Below, piece by piece: positions 46,261 to 55,331 of a stretch of 64,000 bases of DNA. This stretch comes from Candidatus Poribacteria bacterium. Lineage in GTDB: Bacteria > Poribacteria > WGA-4E > WGA-3G. Each line of letters starts with the position of its first letter. The stretch's first letter is position 1. The notes below the pieces were generated by a model. It made no database searches and was not told the DNA's origin. It saw only the letters and a list, made by a program, of their open reading frames with translations. The position numbers and the translations under genes are program-made. Where the stretch lies: contig OZ219753.1 of NCBI GenBank assembly GCA_964291315.2, positions 832,001 to 896,000 of the forward strand. The letters are read 5' to 3'.

Positions 46261-47289
46261 ATGAAACACTGCCTTCTCACTTTTTCGTTATTACTTTTCG
46301 TTCTTTTTGGTACAGTGGCTGCTGACTATGCCGATGATTCGATCAGAACGTTGCTCCCTTTTGATGCTATTCCGGCTATTACGGATCCACAATTTGTGTC
46401 TGCTAACGAGGCGGAGCTTGATGCGGCTGCCCCTGTTATTGGGGTCAGTTTCAATGGCGAAAACCGTGTCTACTCGCTCTATCTGCTCAATGGGCACGAA
46501 ATCGTCAACGATGTTGTTGGTGGGCGCAAAATTGCGGTTACTTGGTGACCCCTCTGCAAAACGGCTATCGTGTATAGCCGGGAGCTTAAGGGTAAAACCT
46601 ATATCTTCGGTGTCAGTGGTAAATTATGGCGGGATGCGCTCTTGATGTACGACCATCAGACGCGCACCCTTTGGTCACATATAACAGGAGAGGCAGTAAA
46701 GGGTCCTTTAAAAGAGGAGCGCCTAAGACCTTTGGTTTCTACCCCACAGATTGCGTGGCAAACCTGGCGGCTGAATTATCCTGAAACCAGGGTGCTATCT
46801 GTTTCTACGAGAGGTGAGATGCGTGAGAGTCTAGGCCAAGATATCTACGCAGACTATCACGCTAGCGATCGTGCGGGTGTCATCGGAATGAAGTACACCG
46901 ATGATAGGTTACCGAACAAATCCGTTGTGATAGGTGTTCGGGTGTCAGCGAAAGATGGTACGCCGCGTTTCCGTGCTTACCCATTAACGCGCTTCGCTAA
47001 AAATGCGGTGATTAACGATACACTTGGCGGGATTCCGCTGCTTATTTTTCACGACAAGAGCTCGTTCGCGACGGCAGTCTTCACGCGGCATGTGGCGGGC
47101 GAGACCCGAACCTTTAGCACACAAGACCGGCAATTTGTAGAGGACAACACCGGCATTCGGTGGAATCTCATTACAGGTGCGGCGGCATCTGGAAGAGAAA
47201 AAAGAACGAAGTTGGAGCGTTTGCCTGCTGTTAACATTTATTGGTTCGCTTGGGCACGCTACCATCCTGAAACTTCTATCTATCGTTAG
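46261..47289 (+). CDS. DUF3179-family exported selenoprotein (Sec at TGA 46546-46548), 342 aa
   Basis: The two track ORFs are in frame; read-through gives VTW-U-PLCKTA at the family CPLC position; DAIPAI..P, HEIVND, FGVSGKL, YWFAW. Confidence 0.85.
46562..46580 (+). promoter_or_regulatory. Candidate bacterial SECIS hairpin
   Basis: cggctat-cgtgt-atagccg: 7-bp stem with G-containing loop, 13 nt after the UGA. Confidence 0.65.
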
Positions 47290-47317
47290 TTCGGACTCAC
47301 CGGGGCGTATGCGGCAA

Positions 47318-48079
47318 TCAGTTGTCTAGTTCGACAATTTCGCCTGTCATATTGCGATGCATTGTCGGGCGTATAACTAATTCTGGAATGTTGCTGCGCT
47401 GCGGCAGAGCTGCGATGAGTAGGATAGCGGCTGAGGTTTCGTCAACGTCTACCATTGTTGCGCGAGCATCGGCATCTGGTGGGATTGGGCGTTTGTCCAG
47501 AATGGGTGTTGCTACCTCGCCTGGTACTACGACACTCGCGCGGATGCCGGTATTCCGTAAGTCGGCATTGAGAAATTCAGTGAAGTTGATAATGGCTGCT
47601 TTCGCGGCGCCGTAAGCAAAACCGCTAAAGGGTCCTGGGGTGACCGCCGCAAGCGATGAGATATTAATGATAGTGCCTGATTTTGCTTTCAGCATTGCTG
47701 GTACAACTGCTTTTGTGCAGAAAAATGTACCAATCAGGTTTGAATTAATAACCGATCGTATTTCTTCAGGGGTTGTGTTCAGAATTCGCCGGTGATGTGA
47801 GCTGTGTCCGGCGTTGTTCACAAGCACATCGATTTGTCCGAAGGTGTTGAGCACATCGGTAACCATTTGTTCGACGGCGTCATAGTCAGCCACGTTGAGG
47901 ACGTAACTCACTGCTGTTCCCCCGGCTGCCGCAATTTTGGAAGTGACAGTCTCTAATTTTGATTCGGTTCTACCTACGATAACAACGGTTGCTCCTTCTT
48001 CTGTCATCGTCAAGGCGGCGCCGCGGCCAATGCCGCTTCCGCCGCCTGTAATAATACATACTTTGTTCTTTAAACGCAT
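47318..48079 (-). CDS. Short-chain dehydrogenase/reductase
   Basis: TGGGSGIG, NNAG, YGAAK. Confidence 0.92.
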   Translation of the reverse strand: MRLKNKVCIITGGGSGIGRGAALTMTEEGATVVIVGRTESKLETVTSKIAAAGGTAVSYVLNVADYDAVEQMVTDVLNTFGQIDVLVNNAGHSSHHRRILNTTPEEIRSVINSNLIGTFFCTKAVVPAMLKAKSGTIINISSLAAVTPGPFSGFAYGAAKAAIINFTEFLNADLRNTGIRASVVVPGEVATPILDKRPIPPDADARATMVDVDETSAAILLIAALPQRSNIPELVIRPTMHRNMTGEIVELDN

Positions 48080-48259
48080 TCTGCTCCTCCGTTGGCGATT
48101 AGATAAACATTGATTCCACTCCGTGGTTTCTATGCTTGTTATGTATAGAGGTTAGCAGGATTAGATAAAGTTTTCAACGTTATTATTTGATTAGCGTAAG
48201 GGCATATTTAGGCAGGAATTGGGAAGGGTTAATTGTCTGCTCTAGAGTCTTTTTGTATA

Positions 48260-48295
48260 AGAGAGGACACCTTCGACGTTGGAGGGTGCCTCTCT
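48260..48295 (-). terminator. Hairpin downstream of 48401..49762
   Basis: Imperfect stem agagagg(a)cacc...gggtgcctctct. Confidence 0.5.
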
Positions 48296-48400
48296 ATAAC
48301 GTTGCGCGTGTTATATTCTATGTCCGCAGACAGTTTTCAAACTGCTGATGACGATGTGCATTCGCCCCAAGGGGTAACACGCGATTTAGTTGTAGTCGGT

Positions 48401-49762
48401 CTATCTTTCGTTTGCTTTCTCTTGTGGGAGGTGGGGTTCCAGTTGTTTTGCGATGTCTGGATCAACCTCCTTGACTCTACGGAGCCCTTCCTCAGGACCA
48501 TACTGATTTATGATAGCGACAGCGCGGTTCACACGTACTGGAGAGAAACGGGTGCGAAGATCCTCTACAAAGCTGCCTTCTGATGTGTTGGGTATCTGGC
48601 CTTGTTGCGGTAGGCGTGAGCTTCTAATTTCTGAGGGGCTGGAGGTAAATAGTTTTCCTAGTGCTTCTTCAATTTCTGCGTCACTCATTTCTAGGAACCG
48701 ATCTATCGGTATGCCGATGGCTGTCTCTAAGAACTTAGAAAGTTCTTCTGTTGGCATCTCGCGTGTGTCCGTATTTTCCAAGGTGTCCTGCAGCGCAAAC
48801 GCCTTATCTATGGTATGCTGCAATTCTGTCGGATCTGTGGGGCTGTTTGCTGCCGTATCAGGATCAGCTGCAGAAGGGGCGGTAGCTGTCTCCTGCTGCG
48901 TTTCGCTTGTTGTGATGCCGCCTTCCGTAGTGGGATATACCTCTTCGAAATCAAAAGAGATTCGTAATCCTTCAATGTCCGGGGTTTGAGGAAGTGGCTC
49001 CCAAGGCGGGGTATTTTCTACTGCCTTGCTATACGCTTCTAATGCTTGTTCATTCGCTGGACTGTTGGACATCGCCGATAGCCCTGTAACGAACCTTTCG
49101 ATGGTTCCGTCGGCGTGATGGATTCTCCGCCCTTCAACGGTCAGCATATTGGGGTAGAGTTTTATATATTCGCCTGTTTTTAAGTTTTTCTCTACACCGA
49201 CGATTTCTGGGTCGGTCTTTAAGTATTCTGCGAAAACGTTGTTCAGCTCCGCAGTTTCTTCCTCGGTTCGTAGAAGCGAGCGCTTCCGCAGAGAGAGAAT
49301 CGCGCGGAGCCCCTCTTTAGTGCCCTCTGGCAGGTCTGATGCCTCCAATTCTTCCATGGCTTGCTGAATGCTATCAAGTTCTTCCTGTTTTTCCGAATCC
49401 GCATCCGCGTCTAAGGTTCCGTGTGTATGTCCATGGAGGTGTCCACCCCGGCGGTCATATTCCTGGGCACTCAGAATCAGGTCTGGATTGTGAGCGACTA
49501 ATTGCCGGAGGTGTTTTGTCAGTAGGTCCATCTCTTCCTGAGGGAATCTCCCCTCTTCGACAGAGATTTTTTCTAAAGTCGAAGCGCTCTGAAAATAGGT
49601 CTCTTTTTGTTCAGGGGTGAGTTTTCCTGAGAGAGAATAGATTTTGTCAAAATGTGTGCGGGCTTCTGCGCTTATTTGCTGGCGCGGTTTGAGGAGAAAA
49701 AAAACGCTGACGATGAGGGTGATGCCCAAGAACCCGCCTATGATAAGATTTTTTCGTGACAT
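48401..49762 (-). CDS. Hypothetical N-terminally membrane-anchored acidic protein
   Basis: One N-terminal TM helix, HLHGHTH patch, helical C-terminus QYGPEEGLRR; AAGGA RBS. Confidence 0.8.
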   Translation of the reverse strand: MSRKNLIIGGFLGITLIVSVFFLLKPRQQISAEARTHFDKIYSLSGKLTPEQKETYFQSASTLEKISVEEGRFPQEEMDLLTKHLRQLVAHNPDLILSAQEYDRRGGHLHGHTHGTLDADADSEKQEELDSIQQAMEELEASDLPEGTKEGLRAILSLRKRSLLRTEEETAELNNVFAEYLKTDPEIVGVEKNLKTGEYIKLYPNMLTVEGRRIHHADGTIERFVTGLSAMSNSPANEQALEAYSKAVENTPPWEPLPQTPDIEGLRISFDFEEVYPTTEGGITTSETQQETATAPSAADPDTAANSPTDPTELQHTIDKAFALQDTLENTDTREMPTEELSKFLETAIGIPIDRFLEMSDAEIEEALGKLFTSSPSEIRSSRLPQQGQIPNTSEGSFVEDLRTRFSPVRVNRAVAIINQYGPEEGLRRVKEVDPDIAKQLEPHLPQEKANER

Positions 49763-49858
49763 GGCTTCAATCCTTTTTAGTTAAGAGCCCTTTCTACCTT
49801 CGTAAGGATAGAAAGGAGTTTTCATAATTGACGTTTTGCCTCTTAAGAATTGTTTATA

Positions 49859-49874
49859 AGCAAGTCTTGTGCCA
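49859..49874 (-). promoter_or_regulatory. sigma-54 (-24/-12) promoter
   Basis: Minus strand TGGCAC-AAGAC-TTGCT. Confidence 0.8.
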
Positions 49875-49924
49875 ATTTAAAGTATCTATACTGTTAGAGA
49901 GATTTAGGTATGCTTCGGCGTTTA

Positions 49925-49975
49925 TAAAATATGGTAATTTTCCATATTTTGGAAAATTATCCTCCAAAATATGGA
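49925..49975. promoter_or_regulatory. Candidate upstream activator sequences
   Basis: tccatattttgga (49941-49953) and its exact reverse complement (49963-49975), plus a partial third copy. Confidence 0.6.
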
Positions 49976-50185
49976 ATATATTCTACGTCAAGCTACTATT
50001 AGAAACATCAGAGACTAAACATTTCGCTTGTCACGTTTTGCGTAATGTGTTAGCATTTTGAAATATACGCAGTTTCTCCTCGCTGTATCTATGAAGTACT
50101 AAATAGCAGCGAACGTGCTTGAAAAGTTCATGACTCTATTTCAGTAAGATCAGCACTCCAAAAAGTGAAAGGGGAGGTAGAAGTG

Positions 50186-51292
50186 ATGAAAAGCAGCAAA
50201 AGGTCTCATGATAGGAAAAGAGCTAGAACGGAAGAGGATCGGAGTCGGTACAGATTGCATGGAAATTATACCGGTATCTTTGGCACAAGTCCAGAGCTTG
50301 TTGCGGCCCTCGAAAAGGTGCAGACTGTTGCGGACACAAACGCCCCCGTGCTGATTCAAGGGGAAACCGGAACAGGCAAAGAGCTGATCGCGCATGCCTT
50401 ACATCAAAGTAGTAGTCGTTCGCCGGAGGAGATGGTGGTTGTCAATTGTGCAGCAATACCGGACACCCTATTCGAAAGCGAGCTGTTTGGACATGAAAAA
50501 GGAGCATTTACGGGTGCTACGGCGCGACGCATAGGTAAGTTTGAAAGGGCACACAAGAGCACGATTTTCCTTGATGAAATCGGTGAAATGCCCTTGTGCC
50601 TCCAACCGAAGTTGCTACGGACACTTCAAGAACGGAAAATTGAGTGTGTCGGCGGCACGAGGTCAATCCCGGTGGATTTTCGGGTTGTTGCAGCGACCAA
50701 CCGCGATCTTCAGCAGTGTGTTAAAAATGGCAGCTTGCGCGAGGATCTCTATTATCGATTGAATGTAGTTTCTCTGTCGTTGCCTGCGTTGAGAGAACGG
50801 CGGGGAGACATTCACTTGTTGGCAGAACACTTTGTGTGCAAACACTGGCAACCCCAAGGGGCCTCTGGCCCCAAAATAGCATCCGCTACCCTAGAATGTC
50901 TCCAAAGTTACCCCTGGCCGGGCAATATACGCCAATTAGAAAATGTCATCTTCCGCGCCTGCCTTTTCGTCAAAAATGGCGTTATCTTACCGCAGGACCT
51001 GCCGCAAGAAATTCAGGATTCGAAGGGACAAAGATCGTCTTTAGTGTTGGAAAGGGGCAGATCGTGTACGCCAGACACGGTGGAACTGCCGATCGGGTTA
51101 ACGCTAAAGGAAGTAGAAAGAATGTGGATCTTGAAAACTCTGGCGCAGTTCGATGGGAATAGGGCAAAAACAGCAAAAATACTAGGAATGAGTTTAAGTT
51201 CTTTGTATAACAAATTAAATGGCTATAAAGCGAAGCGAGAGCGAGAGGCAAAGGGTATCTCCGATTCTGCAGATACGTTGTCGTTGCCTTAG
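50186..51292 (+). CDS. sigma-54-dependent enhancer-binding protein (AAA+ and Fis HTH), no sensory domain
   Basis: GETGTGKE, ESELFGHEKGAFTGA, FLDEIGE, WPGNIRQLEN, HTH; GGAGG RBS. Confidence 0.92.
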   Translation: MKSSKRSHDRKRARTEEDRSRYRLHGNYTGIFGTSPELVAALEKVQTVADTNAPVLIQGETGTGKELIAHALHQSSSRSPEEMVVVNCAAIPDTLFESELFGHEKGAFTGATARRIGKFERAHKSTIFLDEIGEMPLCLQPKLLRTLQERKIECVGGTRSIPVDFRVVAATNRDLQQCVKNGSLREDLYYRLNVVSLSLPALRERRGDIHLLAEHFVCKHWQPQGASGPKIASATLECLQSYPWPGNIRQLENVIFRACLFVKNGVILPQDLPQEIQDSKGQRSSLVLERGRSCTPDTVELPIGLTLKEVERMWILKTLAQFDGNRAKTAKILGMSLSSLYNKLNGYKAKREREAKGISDSADTLSLP

Positions 51293-51344
51293 TAGTATAC
51301 TCCGGGGGACTAATCCTTAACTCTTTTCGCGACCTCAAAATGCC

Positions 51345-51372
51345 TTGACAAAAATCTGTAAGTCTCTATAAT
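51345..51372 (+). promoter_or_regulatory. sigma70-type promoter
   Basis: TTGACA-16 nt-TATAAT. Confidence 0.65.
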
Positions 51373-51658
51373 AAAACTGACACTATCTTAATAAGACAGA
51401 TGCCATTTTTAACGCAAGATGCTTCAGAACCTGCGGCGTTTTGTAGTGAAAGCTGAATAAAGATTCAGAATTTGACTGATAATGTAAAGATGAATTTTCT
51501 GAATCACGGATGAGGCGGAAAACGGGTTTGTTAATTGGAGGTGTCTTTTCGTAGAAGGTCCGAAATATTTTTTCAAACTTCAGACAGATTGGGCATCAGC
51601 GGAGGCTTAAAGTTATAATAATTACATAACTTAATTGGTCTCCAAGGAGGATAGCATA

Positions 51659-52324
51659 GTGTCTTTAAAGCAGCGTATTCATAGTAAAGCAGCGATTAAC
51701 ATCGCCTCTGGCATCCCGTTTGGTTGCACGCGAGATGACATGGAAGCTGTTCTCGGTCAAAGCAACTACGATTTAGTCAGTGTTGACCATCAACACGGGC
51801 CCGCAAATGAAGACAAACTGGTCGAATATTGCGCAATGGCGAGCGAATTCGATGTGGGTGTGCAGCTTCGCATCAAACATACTCGCCACGCGTATCTCAT
51901 AGGTAATCTCTTGGATCTGGGTCCTCTGGCGATTGTCGTGCCGCAAGTGGAGACTGTGGAGACAGTGAACGAGGCAATTGATGCTTTCTACTATCCTCAG
52001 ATGGGGAGACGGAGTTGGGGTCCTAGCAGTAGCTACGGCATAAAACAGGGCTTGGGCCGTCTTGGCTACGCTGAGTGGTGGAACAGCACCGGTATTCTTA
52101 TTTTGCAAATCGAATCAGTTAATGCTGTGATTAACGTCAGCAGATTTGCCAAACCCGGTGTAGATATGGTAACCTTCGGCGAAAATGACCTTAACTTTAG
52201 CATAGAGTCCTATCCGCATTCGCCCTTCAAAAACTTGCAAGAGTGCATTGCACATGTGCAAACCCAGTTAGCTGATACACACGTCAAAGTAGGAGCGGGA
52301 CATACGCCCTCAGGCTTATTGTAA
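51659..52324 (+). CDS. HpcH/HpaI aldolase-family protein (GTG start after AAGGAGG)
   Basis: DHQHGP, LDLG...IVVPQVE, YYPQMGRRS, LQIES, G.NDL. Confidence 0.8.
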   Translation: MSLKQRIHSKAAINIASGIPFGCTRDDMEAVLGQSNYDLVSVDHQHGPANEDKLVEYCAMASEFDVGVQLRIKHTRHAYLIGNLLDLGPLAIVVPQVETVETVNEAIDAFYYPQMGRRSWGPSSSYGIKQGLGRLGYAEWWNSTGILILQIESVNAVINVSRFAKPGVDMVTFGENDLNFSIESYPHSPFKNLQECIAHVQTQLADTHVKVGAGHTPSGLL

Positions 52325-52445
52325 AGTACTCCGTTGATTGCTGTGAGGTTCTGGCATTGAAAAGTAGTAGGTTCCATAGTGGGAGATATACACATCAACG
52401 CTCGCGGTTAGGAAAACAGTATCAACGTTATCAAGGAGCATCAGA

Positions 52446-53690
52446 ATGTCAAAACGGATCAAAATTGGACTTATTGGATGTGGTATGATATCGGGTTCCC
52501 ATATCCGTGGATACCTTGCACATCCGCAGCATGCCGACATCGTGGCTATCTGCGATACGGTGGAGGCGAACGTAAGACGGAGAGCCGCGGAGGTAGTTTC
52601 TGTTGCAGCGTCTAATGCGGAGGCGACGTCTGCTGCTGCGGAAAAAGCAGAGACCTCGGAGGCACGCGAGCATTTGAGGGTCGATGCTGCACTCTTGAGA
52701 GAATATGCTAACAAGGGAGTCAAAATCTTTAGCGACTACAACGAGATGTTGAAGGTATGCGATTTAGACGCGGTCAGTCTTGCGTTACCGCCGTTCGTTC
52801 ATGAACCTGCGACAGTTGCAGCTGCGAAAGCGGGGTTGCATGTTTTCTGTGAAAAGCCGATGGCTCGTACCGCGACAGAGGCGCGGAATATGCGGGATGC
52901 TTGTGATGCAGCTGGCGTTAAACTCGCTTATCAGAGCGGGGGTACTTGTCTGGATCCGACAAGTTATGCGATTCGCGATTACATCACCTCTGGCAAGCTC
53001 GGCGATGTCTACTACGGACGCCTGACTAGTTACCGCGTCCGCGGCAGACCCAATGTGGATATGTTCGGTTACGGCGGGTGGTTCCTCAATTCCGTTTTTA
53101 GTGGTGGTGGAACGATATATGATACCGGTGTCTATCTCATCAACCGTTCTCTGTATTTGCTCGGTTCTCCGCAACCTGCGACTATTAGCGGGATTGCCTA
53201 CCGTGGAATGCTTCCTGAGTACACAGGTAAAGAAATTAACGATGTTGAGGAACATGCCTCTGTCTTTGTGCGGTTTACCAACGGCATGTCCTTCACTTAT
53301 GAAAATGGTTGGTCAAGTAATATGTCAGGCCAGCCACAAGGCATCTTTATTTTTGGGTCTAAGGGTTCGTTTAACAACGATAAGCTCTTCCTTGAAAAAG
53401 GCAAATGGGACACTGACGATCAAGGCAATCGTAGGCGTTATCAAGGGGATCTCGTCGAGACTTCGTTGGAGCTGCCAGATAAGGCTTTCCCCGATAAGTT
53501 TCGTGATTTTCTTGATGCTTGTAACAGCGAGGCGCAGCCTGTTAGCAACGGTGGTATCGGTCTGAATGTTACCGAGATTATGAGTGGTGCACTTTTGTCT
53601 GCCAAACTCGGTCGCGAGGTTAGTGTTGAGGAACTTTATCAACTAGAGGCGCTCCGCGCTGAACCGATACCGGGTTGGCCGATTCCATAA
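52446..53690 (+). CDS. Gfo/Idh/MocA-family oxidoreductase
   Basis: GLIGCG, HVFCEKPMA, GGG...DTGVY. Confidence 0.88.
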   Translation: MSKRIKIGLIGCGMISGSHIRGYLAHPQHADIVAICDTVEANVRRRAAEVVSVAASNAEATSAAAEKAETSEAREHLRVDAALLREYANKGVKIFSDYNEMLKVCDLDAVSLALPPFVHEPATVAAAKAGLHVFCEKPMARTATEARNMRDACDAAGVKLAYQSGGTCLDPTSYAIRDYITSGKLGDVYYGRLTSYRVRGRPNVDMFGYGGWFLNSVFSGGGTIYDTGVYLINRSLYLLGSPQPATISGIAYRGMLPEYTGKEINDVEEHASVFVRFTNGMSFTYENGWSSNMSGQPQGIFIFGSKGSFNNDKLFLEKGKWDTDDQGNRRRYQGDLVETSLELPDKAFPDKFRDFLDACNSEAQPVSNGGIGLNVTEIMSGALLSAKLGREVSVEELYQLEALRAEPIPGWPIP

Positions 53691-53708
53691 GGTTGTATTC
53701 TGAGGAAT

Positions 53709-53743
53709 TTAAGGTTGACAATAAACCCTTAATCAGATATGAT
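53709..53743 (+). promoter_or_regulatory. sigma70 promoter with an operator-like inverted repeat over the -35
   Basis: TTGACA(53715)-17 nt-TATGAT; ttaagg...ccttaa arms at 53709-53732. Confidence 0.6.
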
Positions 53744-53820
53744 TTAAGATGTCGCTGGGTGTGCGGCACCTATAGACTGCAAACTCCTTTTTTGGAGGAA
53801 CGTAAAACGGAGGATTAAAT

Positions 53821-54669
53821 TTGAGAAGTTTTGAGTTTTTTGAACCGACTACCCTTGCAGAGGCATCTCGTCTGTTTAGGGAGGAGCAAGCGCAGCTTCT
53901 TGCTGGCGGGACTGACCTTGTTATCGGTATGAAAGCGCTCACTGAAACGCCACAATCTGTGATTAGTCTTCAGAAAATTCCCGGGTTGGCTGGCATTAGC
54001 GCTGCAGCCGACGGTAGCATTAAGATTGGTGCGATGACGAAAGTTCGAACGGTTGAATTATCAGCGGATATCCAACAACGGCATGCTGCTTTGGCAGAGG
54101 GTGCTGCAGAAATTGGTTCTATCCAGATCCGGAACCTCGCTACTATCGGTGGAAACATTGCGCATGCTTCTCCGGCAGCGGATACTGTTGCCGGTCTGCT
54201 TGTTGCTGATGCTCAGGTCGACATCGCCGGTGCTGATGGTGAGCGGACTCTGCCAATCAGCGAGCTCTTCACGGGCCCGGGTCAGACCGCCTTGGTACCG
54301 GGTGAGATCATTACGTGTTTTCGTCTGCCGGGTGCTGTATCTGGATCCCACTATATCAAGCACAAAATCCGGGAGGTTATGGATTTAGCGTTTATCGGAG
54401 TTGCTGCTGCTGTCAATGTTGACAACGGTGTAATTAGAGAGGCGCGGATTGGACTTGCAGCGGTTGCCCCTACCCCGATTCGCGCGATTGAAGCAGAAAA
54501 TCTACTATCAGGGAAGGAGCTGACGGCTGAACTTCTAGCACAGGCGGGTGAAGCCGCTGCGGCTGCAGCTAGTCCGATATCTGATTTACGGTGCTCCGCG
54601 CAACATCGCAAAGAAATGGTTGACGTGCTTACGAAGCGAACTTTACAAGAGGCTGTCGCGAGAGCATAG
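53821..54669 (+). CDS. Xanthine dehydrogenase-family FAD subunit (CoxM/CutM-like)
   Basis: LAGGTDL, QIRNLATIGGN, ASPAAD. Confidence 0.92.
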   Translation: MRSFEFFEPTTLAEASRLFREEQAQLLAGGTDLVIGMKALTETPQSVISLQKIPGLAGISAAADGSIKIGAMTKVRTVELSADIQQRHAALAEGAAEIGSIQIRNLATIGGNIAHASPAADTVAGLLVADAQVDIAGADGERTLPISELFTGPGQTALVPGEIITCFRLPGAVSGSHYIKHKIREVMDLAFIGVAAAVNVDNGVIREARIGLAAVAPTPIRAIEAENLLSGKELTAELLAQAGEAAAAAASPISDLRCSAQHRKEMVDVLTKRTLQEAVARA

Positions 54670-54770
54670 ATCCCAAAATTTGTTTCCAAACAGATCTGCC
54701 CGGGAATAAAGATGCGGCTCGTTTTGAACTATGGCATTATTATAAATATGTTATATATAAAGGGAAAAAT

Positions 54771-55250
54771 ATGGCAAAATACCAAGTCAATCTGAAGGTT
54801 AATGGCGACACACACGATTTACTCATCGAACCACGTAAGACCTTGTTGGCTGTACTTCGCGACACGGTTGGTTTGACTGGAACCAAAGAAGGGTGTAGCA
54901 CAGGGGACTGTGGTGCCTGCACTGTGATCGTTGACGGCAAAGCCGTCACCTCTTGTATGGTGCTTGCTGTCACTGCTTCTGGCAAAGAGATCACGACGAT
55001 TGAGGGCCTAGCGAGCGGAGGTGAGCTCCATCCTATTCAACAGGCGTTTATTGACACTGGGGGGTATCAGTGTGGTTTCTGCACGCCCGGTTTTATTATT
55101 GCATCAAAAGCGCTCTTAGATGAAGATCCGGATCGGAGCGAAGAAGAATTCAGGCATGCTCTTGGTGGGAATATCTGTCGCTGTACAGGATACACGAAGA
55201 TTCTTGAGGCGGTCATGAAAGCCGCGGAAGAGATTCGCGCAACTGCTTAA
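54771..55250 (+). CDS. Xanthine dehydrogenase-family 2Fe-2S subunit (CoxS-like)
   Basis: GCSTGDCGACT, QCGFCTPG, CRCTGY. Confidence 0.95.
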   Translation: MAKYQVNLKVNGDTHDLLIEPRKTLLAVLRDTVGLTGTKEGCSTGDCGACTVIVDGKAVTSCMVLAVTASGKEITTIEGLASGGELHPIQQAFIDTGGYQCGFCTPGFIIASKALLDEDPDRSEEEFRHALGGNICRCTGYTKILEAVMKAAEEIRATA

Positions 55251-55331
55251 AAATTATTGGACTGCCTGAAAGGTTATTTTAATAGGTACGTTTTTGAGTG
55301 CGCCTATGCTATCTGCTGAAAGGAGTATTAG

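Noticed and set aside
46261-47289. Two separate genes or a nonsense pseudogene
   Set aside because: In-frame TGA at the conserved Cys position plus a downstream hairpin favours selenocysteine
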